A stretch of 64,000 nt of DNA from Myxococcales bacterium (GTDB lineage Bacteria; Myxococcota_A; Polyangia; Polyangiales; DASUME01), in the NCBI GenBank assembly GCA_047601445.1, contig JASGJH010000001.1, positions 3,808,001 to 3,872,000 of the forward strand. Direction: 5' to 3'. The stretch's first letter is position 1; each line of letters begins with the position of its first letter. The notes under the pieces were generated by a model. It was not told the origin of the DNA, did not search any database, and saw only the letters and a list, made by a program, of their open reading frames with translations. Positions 10,032-19,227 of this stretch are shown piece by piece. A program made the translations under genes and the position numbers.

Positions 10032-11654
10032 TCAGGGTTCGCAATAGCCCTGGGAGCAAGTGGTCCCGCTCGGACAATCTCCCTGCACTTTGCACTCGGC
10101 GCAGTCGGTGCTGCCGGTGGCGCGGATCTCGAAGAGACACGAGCAGGGGCTCTGGGGACGCGACGGCGTGATGTTGCCGCCGTCCATGCTGCGCGTGACG
10201 TGCATGGCGCACTCGGGGACGAGCCCGCTCGAGGCATAGAGGTCGATGAGCTTGATGCCGTTGGGCAGCGCCTTGGTCCCGGATAGATAGCCGATCACAT
10301 CGCTGATCTGCTGACGGGTCATGGGATTGGCAGGCAGCTGGTTGTCGTCGACGCGGTGCAGGAGGTGCATCGGCCCCCACAGCGGATAGTGGCCGTCGCG
10401 CACGTTGCGGCGGTCCTTGGCCGTGTCGTTCGAGTCCGGGTACACAGCGCAGGTCTGGTGGCTGTCGCGGAAGGCGAGCATGCGCACCTGGGCCCGCGAG
10501 ACCTTGCCGTCGATGTAATCCGCGGCGAGGATGCCGATGGTCTTGCTGGCGAGCGCGGCGTCGCTCTCGGCTGCACGCAGGCTGGCATAGACATCATCGG
10601 AGGAAGCGTGTGGCTTGCCGCGCCAACGCGTGGGGGGGACGCCGATGGCCGCCGCGAGCATGGCCTGGGTACCCGAGGATGCCTTGCGCTGCAGGATCTG
10701 CGTCTCGTCGTCCCAGATGGGCGCCTTGCCCGCTGCGTCCAACACACTGCCATCCTTGCCGAAGCCGTACACGAAGTAGGCGGCTTGGGCGCTGATCTCG
10801 CCGTGAGGTGAGTTGGGTGGCACCACGAAGGCCATGGTTTGGATGGGCCCGTGAGCGTCGCGGATCTTGAGGGTCTCCAGGTTGGTCAGCTCGAAACCCG
10901 TACACGTCTGGGCGAACACGTCCGAGATACCCAGGTCTGCGATCACCCCCTCGGTGGGCAAGAGGCAGGGCTCACCCATGCTCGCCGCGCTGCTCCAGAA
11001 GGTGGCCGTCGCCGCGGGCGCTGGTGCGGCGCCGGTCTTCATCGGTGTGCCATTCACGATGGCGTCCACACCGACGCAGGAGCCCGTGGACGTGTACACG
11101 AGGAAGGTGCCTTGAGTGGCGAACTGCTGCGCCACTTTGGCCAGAAAGGGACCTGCCGCCGAGGAGCCCGTGACGTAGACCACCTTGCCGCTGCTCGTCA
11201 CGTCCGCGCAGGCAGGCGCGGACGGCGGAGGAGGTGGCGCTCCCGCGTCGGACTCGCTGCCCGCATCGGCGTCGATCTGTGCCGCGGCCTTGAGGCTGGC
11301 CTCGAGCTGAGGCAGAGCAGGCAACGTGCCGTCGGCGCCGAGCTTGCCCAGCCGCAGTCGGTCGTCGAAGGGTGTGCAGCTCACGTCGGAGCAGGCGTTC
11401 TCGAGCGACACGGTGTCCGTGGCTTCGCAGCGCGAGCAGCCGAGGCCACCGAAGCCACCGGGATCCATGCAGCCGACAGGCCCGCCATCGGCCGAGCCAT
11501 CCAAGCCACCGTCGTTACCGCCCGGAGGACCGTCGACCTGTCCGAGCCGTACCTGATCCGCGGCATCCTTGAGCGGCAGACATGCGGTGCACGTCAAACC
11601 GCACAGCAGGAGAAACGCCGTGCGTGGAGAGAGGGCAGAGTGAAGCGAGAGCAT
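10032..11654 (-). CDS. Lipoprotein with PstS-like periplasmic-binding-protein domain and Cys-rich ends
   Basis: Lipobox-like CTA-C; TGSSA, GSCVGV, R..SSGTQ, VRDGHYPLWGP motifs. Confidence 0.65.
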   Translation of the reverse strand: MLSLHSALSPRTAFLLLCGLTCTACLPLKDAADQVRLGQVDGPPGGNDGGLDGSADGGPVGCMDPGGFGGLGCSRCEATDTVSLENACSDVSCTPFDDRLRLGKLGADGTLPALPQLEASLKAAAQIDADAGSESDAGAPPPPPSAPACADVTSSGKVVYVTGSSAAGPFLAKVAQQFATQGTFLVYTSTGSCVGVDAIVNGTPMKTGAAPAPAATATFWSSAASMGEPCLLPTEGVIADLGISDVFAQTCTGFELTNLETLKIRDAHGPIQTMAFVVPPNSPHGEISAQAAYFVYGFGKDGSVLDAAGKAPIWDDETQILQRKASSGTQAMLAAAIGVPPTRWRGKPHASSDDVYASLRAAESDAALASKTIGILAADYIDGKVSRAQVRMLAFRDSHQTCAVYPDSNDTAKDRRNVRDGHYPLWGPMHLLHRVDDNQLPANPMTRQQISDVIGYLSGTKALPNGIKLIDLYASSGLVPECAMHVTRSMDGGNITPSRPQSPCSCLFEIRATGSTDCAECKVQGDCPSGTTCSQGYCEP

Positions 11655-11686
11655 GACGTGAACTCACCGTGGCAACGAAGTTCGTC

Positions 11687-12754
11687 CTAAAAAGCCGCCG
11701 CGCAGCCCAGCCCCAGCGTGCCGGGTCCGGCCTGACAAGCCCAGGAGCGCGCGGTGCGCACCTCCTTGGCTGGCGGTGTCCGTGAGGGGGCCACGAGCGC
11801 GACGATCAGGCCCGTGATCAGCGCGGCGCCGCCGAGGCTGTAGAAGCCGATCGCCAAGCGCTCGAAGTTCTCCATCCGCTCGCGTTCGTGATGACACACC
11901 GATCCGCGCGAGGTGCCGCTGCCATCGCAGCTGCCGGAGTTCCACGCGCGGGCCATCTCCTGACGCTCGAAGTTCGCATAACCAGCCACGCCCACCGAGG
12001 CCGCCCCCAGCAGCAGCATGGTCCCAGCTCCCCAATAGTAGGCGCGGGCCCCGCTGGCGCTGGAAGGCGCAGGCAACGAAGCAGCCGCCACCGCTGTGGG
12101 CTTCGGTGTGGGCGGCTCGAGACGGGCGGGTTGCACGTCGGTGCCATTTTCCCAGATGCGGTTGGCGTTCTCGTCGAGCACGGCCACCGTGTAGAGAAGC
12201 GCGCCGGACTCGGCGGCCGCCAGTGGGATCTGCATGCGGGCGCTGGGTTCCAGGACTTGCTCGACGAAGCTCGGCTGAGTTTCGAAGCGTGCGCGCACGA
12301 TCACGCGCGAGGCGAGCTGGGCCGGGTCGTCGAAGGACAAGGAAAGCGTCTTGCCGTCCGGTGCGAGCTCCGCAGAGACCGCGAAGGGCTGCGGATGCTG
12401 CGACCAAAAGCCACGGGCCTCCATGAACAAGCTGCGCACCCGCACCGCCTCCGACGGCGCGAGCTTCAGGCTGGGGTCCACCGCCAGCGCACGCACGAAC
12501 GCGCCCTGCGCCTCTTCGCCCGCACCGAGCTGAGCCTTGGCGATTCCCAGGGCTCGGTAGAGCGAGGCCAGCTCGGAGCGCGTGAGCCCGCCCTGCGCGA
12601 CGGAATCCGCCGCGAGGCGCGCCGCTTCATCGAAGGCGCCTTGCTCCAGTGCGCGCTCGGCGGCCTCGCTTGCCGGCGCCTGCGCGACGACGGGAGCGAT
12701 CCACGTCACCGCCAAACAAAACCACAAAACCGCGGTCTTCTTGTCGCGTGTCAT
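11687..12754 (-). CDS. Secreted TPR protein with C-terminal hydrophobic region
   Basis: Signal peptide; TPR-like LYRALGIAKAQLG...FVRALAVDP; C-terminal hydrophobic segments. Confidence 0.7.
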   Translation of the reverse strand: MTRDKKTAVLWFCLAVTWIAPVVAQAPASEAAERALEQGAFDEAARLAADSVAQGGLTRSELASLYRALGIAKAQLGAGEEAQGAFVRALAVDPSLKLAPSEAVRVRSLFMEARGFWSQHPQPFAVSAELAPDGKTLSLSFDDPAQLASRVIVRARFETQPSFVEQVLEPSARMQIPLAAAESGALLYTVAVLDENANRIWENGTDVQPARLEPPTPKPTAVAAASLPAPSSASGARAYYWGAGTMLLLGAASVGVAGYANFERQEMARAWNSGSCDGSGTSRGSVCHHERERMENFERLAIGFYSLGGAALITGLIVALVAPSRTPPAKEVRTARSWACQAGPGTLGLGCAAAF

Positions 12755-12758
12755 CCTG

Positions 12759-14570
12759 CTACTCGAGGGCGATGCGCCGCGTCACGCTCTGTCCTTCAGG
12801 AATCTCCACCTCGTACGTGGTGACGATGCCGCGTTCGGGGTTGCGCAGGCTGAGCGTGTGCGTGCTGGCTGGGAGTTCGACGTCGATCGGCGTGATACCG
12901 AGCCGACGCCCGTTCAAACTGACGACTGCGTAGGGCGAGCTATCGAGCCTCAAACGGCCGGTCGCGACCTTGCGTTCTGCCGCAGCGGAGGCGGGCGCAG
13001 CTTCGGCCGGCATGCGTGCTTCCGGCACGGGCACCACCGGCGCGCTGGCGTTCGCCTTCAGCGCGTTCGCATCGGTGGGCTGCAGCTCCGGCGCAGGCAC
13101 ACGCGTCGCGCGACGCGGACGCTTGGAGGCCACCGACGACGCCACCTCGGGTGACTGCACCCGGTCCGCGGAGGGCCTTGGCGCGGGGCGCGCAGTCACG
13201 GCGTGGTTGGGTTGGGACGCCGCCACGGGGAGCTGCTGCTCCGCAGCCATCGCCGCGCCCAAGTTGCTCGGGCTCGGCGCCATCTCAGCGCGTTCGGTGG
13301 GCCCCTGAACCCGCACGGCGGACTCAGCAAAAGCCTTGGAGCCGTCGTCGCGTCCGACCCAGATTGCCACCGAAGCAGCCACCGCGACGGCGCCCATGAT
13401 CGCAGCCAGCTTGAGGCGCTGCTGCTTGGGCTCGGCGCGGCTTATCGAGACGGCTTCGAGGCTCGAGCGCATGGCTTCGACCGGCATCGCCGACTGTCTG
13501 AGCTCACGCTCGGCGTCGAGCTGAGCAATGCACGCGCGCAGTGTCGCCTGCCGTTCGCGAATGGCATCCGCGAACAGACTCTGCATGGTATCGGCCAGCG
13601 AGGGCACGCCGCGGTCCAGTCCCGCAACCGCCTGCTCGGCGAGCCAGCCATCGATGGCGGCCTTCATCTCGAGCGCGCTGTCGTAGCGGTCGTGGGGTTC
13701 GCGCTGGAGGGCCCCTCGCACGATGTGCACCAGACCCGGGGGCACATGCGGATCGAGCTCGCCGAGCATCGGCAGCTCCTCGATCAACACGGCCCGCAGC
13801 ACCTCGACGTCGTCGCCGCGGAAGAGGCGCGTGCCGGAGAGGGCTTCCCAGAGCGTCGTGCCCATGCTCCAGAGATCGGCGCGCCGATCGACCGGCTGAC
13901 CGCGCGCGGCCTCGGGAGCGATGTAGCTCAGCTTGCCGCGGATCAGCCCGGGTCGCGTGAATGCCTGCGAGTTGGAGGCCTTGGCGATGCCGAAGTCGAG
14001 CACCTTGAGTTGCCCGGCCAGGGTCACGAACAGGTTGTGCGGTGAGATGTCGCGATGGACGATGTTGAGGGGCGTGCCGTCGAAGTCCGCGGCCTCGTGG
14101 GCGTAGTGCAGTCCATCGAGAGCCTGGGAGATCAGCTGAGCCGCCAACACCGGATGAAGACGCGCGTTGCGCTCGTGCAAGCGACGCAGGATGCGCTGGA
14201 GCGACTGCCCCTCGAGGTACTCCATGGCCATGAAATGACGACCGTCGGCGAACCCGACCTTGTGCGTCTGCACCACGTTCGGGTGATGCAGGCGTGCGGC
14301 CAGGCGCGCCTCGTGCTGAAACATCTGCACGACGTCGCCGTCTTCATGGAGGTGAGTGTGCAAGCGCTTGATCGCGACGAGTTTGCGAAAGTCATTCGGC
14401 CCCTGTGAAAGGCCGAGGATCACTTCCGCCATTCCGCCCTGACCGAGACGAGCTACCATCACGTACTCGTCGAAATATTCGATGGGCACGAGGGAGAGAG
14501 TCGCGCTGGTGCCCGTAGACGACGTCGCATCGGTACCGGCGACGGCCAACTTGCTCGCCTGGTGGGTCAT
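12759..14570 (-). CDS. Membrane Ser/Thr protein kinase with C-terminal PEGA-like domain
   Basis: LGQGGMAEV, VAIK, HRDISPHN, DFG, APE; TM helix; Pro/Ala linker; DSSPYAVVSLNGRRLGITP. Confidence 0.92.
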   Translation of the reverse strand: MTHQASKLAVAGTDATSSTGTSATLSLVPIEYFDEYVMVARLGQGGMAEVILGLSQGPNDFRKLVAIKRLHTHLHEDGDVVQMFQHEARLAARLHHPNVVQTHKVGFADGRHFMAMEYLEGQSLQRILRRLHERNARLHPVLAAQLISQALDGLHYAHEAADFDGTPLNIVHRDISPHNLFVTLAGQLKVLDFGIAKASNSQAFTRPGLIRGKLSYIAPEAARGQPVDRRADLWSMGTTLWEALSGTRLFRGDDVEVLRAVLIEELPMLGELDPHVPPGLVHIVRGALQREPHDRYDSALEMKAAIDGWLAEQAVAGLDRGVPSLADTMQSLFADAIRERQATLRACIAQLDAERELRQSAMPVEAMRSSLEAVSISRAEPKQQRLKLAAIMGAVAVAASVAIWVGRDDGSKAFAESAVRVQGPTERAEMAPSPSNLGAAMAAEQQLPVAASQPNHAVTARPAPRPSADRVQSPEVASSVASKRPRRATRVPAPELQPTDANALKANASAPVVPVPEARMPAEAAPASAAAERKVATGRLRLDSSPYAVVSLNGRRLGITPIDVELPASTHTLSLRNPERGIVTTYEVEIPEGQSVTRRIALE

Positions 14571-14762
14571 GGTCCGTCCTTCTTCTGTGACAGACCACTA
14601 TTCCTGCGCACCGCGAGGTCGGCAATAGGCGGCGAGCTCAACGCGCGGAATGTTCACGCGAAGCTGCACTTGCTGCAGATCGCGCACGGAGTCGTCACGC
14701 GTCCGTCGCAGTACTGTCGCATTGCGCTTCGACACCCGTTCATGTGAGAGCGCAGCGCGCCG

Positions 14763-14789
14763 CGGCTCCCCCCTGGGAACGGGGGCCGC
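14763..14789 (-). terminator. GC-rich hairpin downstream of thioredoxin
   Basis: GCGGCTCCCC pairs imperfectly with GGGGGCCGC. Confidence 0.35.
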
Positions 14790-14814
14790 AGGCTCAATTG
14801 CGCTGGGGAGTCCG

Positions 14815-15135
14815 CTACATGCCCGCGAGTGCGAGCACGGCACTGCGGCTGCCGGCACCCAACCGACGCCCTACCTCGCGCCCTCCCCGGAACATGACCA
14901 ACGTGGGTGCCCCGCGAACGCCGAGCTGAGTGGTGAGCGCGGGGCAGGCCTCGATGTCGATCTTGCCGACCTTGAGCGCGCCGACCTTCTCGCGGGCCAG
15001 GCTGTCGAGGAGGGGCTCCATGGCCTTGCAGGGGCCACACCAGGGGGCGTGAAACTCCAGTAGGAACGGGGTCTCGGAGGCGAGCACCTCGCGCTCGAAA
15101 TTGAGCTCGTTGATCTCCTGCACATGCGCTGACAT
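14815..15135 (-). CDS. Thioredoxin
   Basis: WCGPC active site; ATG at 15135 (MSAHVQEINELNF) with upstream AAAGGA. Confidence 0.9.
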   Translation of the reverse strand: MSAHVQEINELNFEREVLASETPFLLEFHAPWCGPCKAMEPLLDSLAREKVGALKVGKIDIEACPALTTQLGVRGAPTLVMFRGGREVGRRLGAGSRSAVLALAGM

Positions 15136-15269
15136 CGATGGTCCTTTCGACGCGCTGGGCGTCTCATCCCCTAGGTGCCAACCCACCGAGTTCTTACGAA
15201 AAATCACCATGCACGATTTCTTGTAAGATCCGCCTTCGCCGACACCTATCGTCGTGCGCCGTGCCCGCC

Positions 15270-15788
15270 ATGCCCTCCGATCGACTCGAGCAACTGAGCC
15301 TCCTCGTGCGCGCCGAACGCGGCGCCCTCAGCGCGGTGGCGCGCGCCGAGGGCATGTCCCCCGAGGAAGCCCTCGAATGCGTCCAAGAGGCCTTGTCGAC
15401 CTTCCTCAGCCGTCCGGAGCCGATCGCCGACGAACACATGGTGGCGAGCCTCAAGACCATCGTGCGCAACGCGGCCCGCAACGCCCGCCGCAAGCACGCG
15501 CGACTCAAGCAGCACGTGCCACTCGAGGGCCCCGGCGAGCCCGTGGCCGAGCGCGCCGACGTGGAAGACTTGGTGAGCCACGCCGAAGAGGTCGTGCGTC
15601 TGCGACTGTGCGTGGCCGAGCTCTGCGATATCCAGCGCGCCGTGGTTACTCTGCGCTTGCTGGAGGAGCGCTCGGGAGAGGACGTGGCGGAGCTGCTCGG
15701 GGTCTCGCGCAACTACGTCGACGTGTTGGTTCACCGGGCCCGCTCGGCCCTCCACGTCTGCATGCGAGTCCCCCAGCTCAAGCCCTGA
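15270..15788 (+). CDS. ECF sigma-70 family factor
   Basis: sigma2-like EEALECVQEA..IVRNAARN; sigma4 HTH EDVAELLGVSRNYVDVLVHRAR. Confidence 0.85.
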   Translation: MPSDRLEQLSLLVRAERGALSAVARAEGMSPEEALECVQEALSTFLSRPEPIADEHMVASLKTIVRNAARNARRKHARLKQHVPLEGPGEPVAERADVEDLVSHAEEVVRLRLCVAELCDIQRAVVTLRLLEERSGEDVAELLGVSRNYVDVLVHRARSALHVCMRVPQLKP

Positions 15789-15921
15789 TTTGAGGCTTCT
15801 CACGCATCTCCGGAGCCGCCGGGAGGCCCCCTGACGAGCGCGCTGTTTTCGGCAGCGGGGCGCGCTGTTCTTTGCGCTAGTGCACCCGGCGCGTCCTGGG
15901 CAGAACAGCATGCATACCCGC

Positions 15922-17196
15922 ATGAGCAGCCGAATCCAGACCGCGTCGATCTCGAGTGGACTCGCTGCGCAAGGCGGCGGCGGCTCGCCGAAGCTGCAGC
16001 GTATCGAGCAGGTGCAAGACCGGCTCATCCGCAACGGCCTGGTCACGCTCGGCTACCACGATCTTTCGAAGCGCCTGCGGGCCGCCCTGCGCCGCGAGGA
16101 CGCCAACTGGGCGACCTTCGCGACCTGGACCTCACGGGCGGCCGGCAACTTCATCCGGGGCGACCGCATCCCGGTGCTGGTGCACTCCATTCTGCAGAGC
16201 TCCCAGCGCAACGAAGGTGGGCAGGCGCTCGCCCCCCTGGGAAAGGTGGCGGCCCTACCGGCCCTGCCGAAGCGCAAGGTGGGGCTGCTCTCGGGCCGCG
16301 TGCTCGAGACTGTCTCGGACGTGTTTGCCGAGGCCAACTGGGAGATCTACCGCGAGCTCTCGCCGGTGCTCGACGCGTTCGCGGTTTGGCTCGGTGGGCT
16401 CGCTCGTCCCGACGATGCGGCCCTGCTGCGCTTTTGTGGGCGCCTCGACGGGAGCCCGAGTCGACTCGGTGGCCAAGACCTGCTCGCGCGCGCCTTGCGC
16501 TGCTACCACGCCGCGCGCTTCGAGCGCGAACGCCAGCGCTCGGCCCAGCTGGTGTTGGAGGGCAACATCCTGATCGCCTGGCACGAGCAGTTTCGGCTGC
16601 GCCCCAAGCTGACCATATTGCTCGACGCCCCGGTGGCCGACGTGCTGCACGTCACCGAGCTGGTGGCCGGAACACGGCTGCGCGAGAGCTGGCGCTACCT
16701 GGTCACGCGCACGATGCTCACCTCGTACGTCCCCGAGGCGCGCAGGCTGCCCGTGGGTCCCCGGACTCAGAAGTGCGTCGCCCAATGCCCGCTGCCACTC
16801 GACGCGCTCGAGTCCGAGTTCGACCCGCTCGACACCGCCATGGCCACGACACTGGCCCAAGCCCGTGAGCTCTCGCAGACCTATGCGGACCTGCGCGAGC
16901 GCATGCGGCACACCGCCCAGTGGTACTGGGAGAATCAGCATACCGAAGCTTTGTTTCGTCCTCCTTTCGTGGGTCGCCGCAACGCGCGTTTAATCGCCTT
17001 TTTGGAGGAAGAAGCCCCAGACCTCGCGCCGCATGCGCGCGCCCACAGGGCCCGAGCGGGCCTGGGTGCGAAGCTCGGACAGCGCTACCTGAGCCTCGGC
17101 GTCTCCCCCAGCGACCCCATGCTCGAGGCGGCCCTCGCCATGAGCAGCCCCCGCGTCGCCAACTCCGTTACCCAACGCGATCGGAGGGCGGGTTAG
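15922..17196 (+). CDS. Hypothetical protein
   Basis: Long ORF with coding-like codon usage; motifs ANWATFATWTS and GNILIAWHEQ; start uncertain. Confidence 0.65.
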   Translation: MSSRIQTASISSGLAAQGGGGSPKLQRIEQVQDRLIRNGLVTLGYHDLSKRLRAALRREDANWATFATWTSRAAGNFIRGDRIPVLVHSILQSSQRNEGGQALAPLGKVAALPALPKRKVGLLSGRVLETVSDVFAEANWEIYRELSPVLDAFAVWLGGLARPDDAALLRFCGRLDGSPSRLGGQDLLARALRCYHAARFERERQRSAQLVLEGNILIAWHEQFRLRPKLTILLDAPVADVLHVTELVAGTRLRESWRYLVTRTMLTSYVPEARRLPVGPRTQKCVAQCPLPLDALESEFDPLDTAMATTLAQARELSQTYADLRERMRHTAQWYWENQHTEALFRPPFVGRRNARLIAFLEEEAPDLAPHARAHRARAGLGAKLGQRYLSLGVSPSDPMLEAALAMSSPRVANSVTQRDRRAG

Positions 17197-17216
17197 ACTC
17201 TCGGCCGGAGAGCCCT

Positions 17217-18185
17217 TTGCAGGTACCCAAGCGCAACTCGAAGCGGGCCAGCCCCAAGCCCGCGCAGCCGGCCCGCCCGCATCCGCCCCACAAGATCGAC
17301 CCGCCGCGCATCTTCATGTACGTGGACGCCGTCGCGCGCCATGGCTCCATCCGCAAGGCCGCCGAATCCCTGCACGTCGTCTCCTCGGCGCTCAATCGCA
17401 GGATCCTCGACCTCGAGCAGGAGCTCGGCACCGATCTGTTCGAGCGCCTGCCCCGCGGCGTCCGCCCCACGGAGGCAGGTGAGCTGTTCTTGGCCTACGT
17501 GCGGCGCTCCATGCGCGACCTCGACGTGGTTGGAAACCAGATCCAGGGTCTCACGGGCTTGGTCCGCGGACGCGTGCGGGTGGCGGTCGCCGAGTCGGTC
17601 ACGGCCCACTTGCTGCCCGCGGCCGTGGCCAAGTTCCAGGAACGCCACCCGGGCGTGGCCTTCCATGCCTGGGTCGACGGCCCCAAGCGCTTGAACGAAG
17701 CCCTGCTCGCGGACAGCGCCGATCTCATTCTCACTCACGAGATCGCGGATCATCCCGACGTCAGCTTGCTCGCCTCGGTCACCCAGCCCCTGTGCGCGCT
17801 GGTGGCGCCTGATCATCCCCTCGCCAAGCGCAAGAGCGTGCGCATCGGAGCCTGCGTGGCCTATCCCGTGGCACTCCCGGATGAGTCCTTGGCCGCGCGC
17901 GCCCTGATCGACCGCGTCCTGTTGCGCGCCGGACTGCGCATCGAGCCGACCATGGTGTCGAACTCGGTCGAGCTCACCAAGACCTACGCGCGCTGGAACC
18001 ACGCGGTGTGCTTCTCCTTCCGGGTGGGAGGCCAGGTCGATCCTTCGGGTTTGGTCGAGGTTCCCCTGAGCGATCCCGAGCTGAGCCACGCACGCTTGTT
18101 CCTCGCGGCGCGCCGCGGCAGGGTGCTGCCCTCGGTGGCCGCCGCCTTCGCGCAGCAGCTCGTCCAACAGTTCGAGTCGACCTAG
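17217..18185 (+). CDS. LysR family transcriptional regulator (start uncertain)
   Basis: VARHGSIRKAAESLHVVSSALNRRILDLEQELGTDLFER HTH plus substrate-binding domain. Confidence 0.9.
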   Translation: MQVPKRNSKRASPKPAQPARPHPPHKIDPPRIFMYVDAVARHGSIRKAAESLHVVSSALNRRILDLEQELGTDLFERLPRGVRPTEAGELFLAYVRRSMRDLDVVGNQIQGLTGLVRGRVRVAVAESVTAHLLPAAVAKFQERHPGVAFHAWVDGPKRLNEALLADSADLILTHEIADHPDVSLLASVTQPLCALVAPDHPLAKRKSVRIGACVAYPVALPDESLAARALIDRVLLRAGLRIEPTMVSNSVELTKTYARWNHAVCFSFRVGGQVDPSGLVEVPLSDPELSHARLFLAARRGRVLPSVAAAFAQQLVQQFEST

Positions 18186-18197
18186 AGAGAGGGTCCC

Positions 18198-18836
18198 ACG
18201 CGAGTCGTCATCTTCGGTAGTTCGGGCATGGTTGGGCAGGGAGCGCTGCGCGAGGCCCTGCTCGATGCGAGGGTCAGCCAGGTGATCACCGTGGTGCGCG
18301 GCCCGTCGGGGCAGAGCCACCCGAAGCTGCGCGAGATCGTGCACCGCGATTTCACGCGACTCGAGGGCTTGGACCTGCGCTGCGATGCCTGCTTCTTCGC
18401 CATCGGCGTGACCTCCGCCGGCATGAGCGAAGAGGACTACACCAAGGTCACGTACGACACCGCCATGGCAGCAGCCAAGGCCGTGCTGTCGCCGACGACC
18501 ACCTTTGTCTTCGTATCGGGCGCGGGGGCCGACGGCGACAGCATGTGGGCGCGTGTGAAGCGGCGCGCCGAGCAGGACCTGAGCGCGTTGCCCTTCAAGG
18601 CCGTCTACGTCTTTCGCCCTGCGTTCATCAGGCCCATGCACGGCATCAAGTCGCGCACGCCCATGTACAACACCCTGTACGCGCTGCTGTTCCCGTTGAC
18701 CTACCTGGTGCCGAGCCGCGTCAAGTCCACCACCGAGAATCTCGGTCGCGCGATGCTGAACGTGGCCGCGAACGGCTTCGAGAAGCCGCTGCTGAACAGC
18801 CCGGAGATCAACCAGGCTGCTGCCAGTCCGGCGTGA
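18198..18836 (+). CDS. NAD(P)-binding epimerase/atypical SDR; start apparently ACG
   Basis: RVVIFGSSGMVGQG Rossmann motif begins 10 codons before the first ATG (18228); CFFAIG, VSGAGAD, WARVK, FRPAFI. Confidence 0.8.
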   Translation, partial: TRVVIFGSSGMVGQGALREALLDARVSQVITVVRGPSGQSHPKLREIVHRDFTRLEGLDLRCDACFFAIGVTSAGMSEEDYTKVTYDTAMAAAKAVLSPTTTFVFVSGAGADGDSMWARVKRRAEQDLSALPFKAVYVFRPAFIRPMHGIKSRTPMYNTLYALLFPLTYLVPSRVKSTTENLGRAMLNVAANGFEKPLLNSPEINQAAASPA

Positions 18837-19090
18837 GCTAGAGCGACACCCCACGTCGCCCAAAGCGGAGCTGGCGCACGAGTGCGACAAAGCGATCATG
18901 AGCACGCTGGTCCTGTTGCCTCCGCGCCACTACGTGCCCGTCCGCAAAACCGAACGCCCTGATTGCTCGGGGTGAGCGCCAGCACGCTCGGCGAAGACTT
19001 CAGCGCGTTCACCCTGCATTGCACGAACGCGTGCCTGACACGGAGATTCCAGCGTTTGCGCAGCGATCGCCGACCGGACCGGAGCCCCCT

Positions 19091-19106
19091 TGGCCCCTGA
19101 TGTGCT
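19091..19106 (+). promoter_or_regulatory. Possible sigma54 -24/-12 promoter
   Basis: TGGCCCCTGATGTGCT (GG-N10-GC) upstream of the 19228 gene; imperfect match. Confidence 0.3.
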
Positions 19107-19227
19107 CGGGTGTGCACGCTGCCCGCCCATGGATTGGTGCGCTTCCTGCAGAGCCCCCAACGCGACGTTCGGAGCCCCTGACCTTGTGCCACTCCGCGCC
19201 GATCACCCCGTGAGGAGCCCTGCCGCC

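Noticed and set aside
15270..15788. Calling the ECF a CorE ortholog
   Set aside because: It has no C-terminal Cys-rich domain or CxC motif, and no copper genes are nearby.
16920..17216. Long N-terminal extension of LysR
   Set aside because: It overlaps the upstream CDS and has no domain-like sequence.
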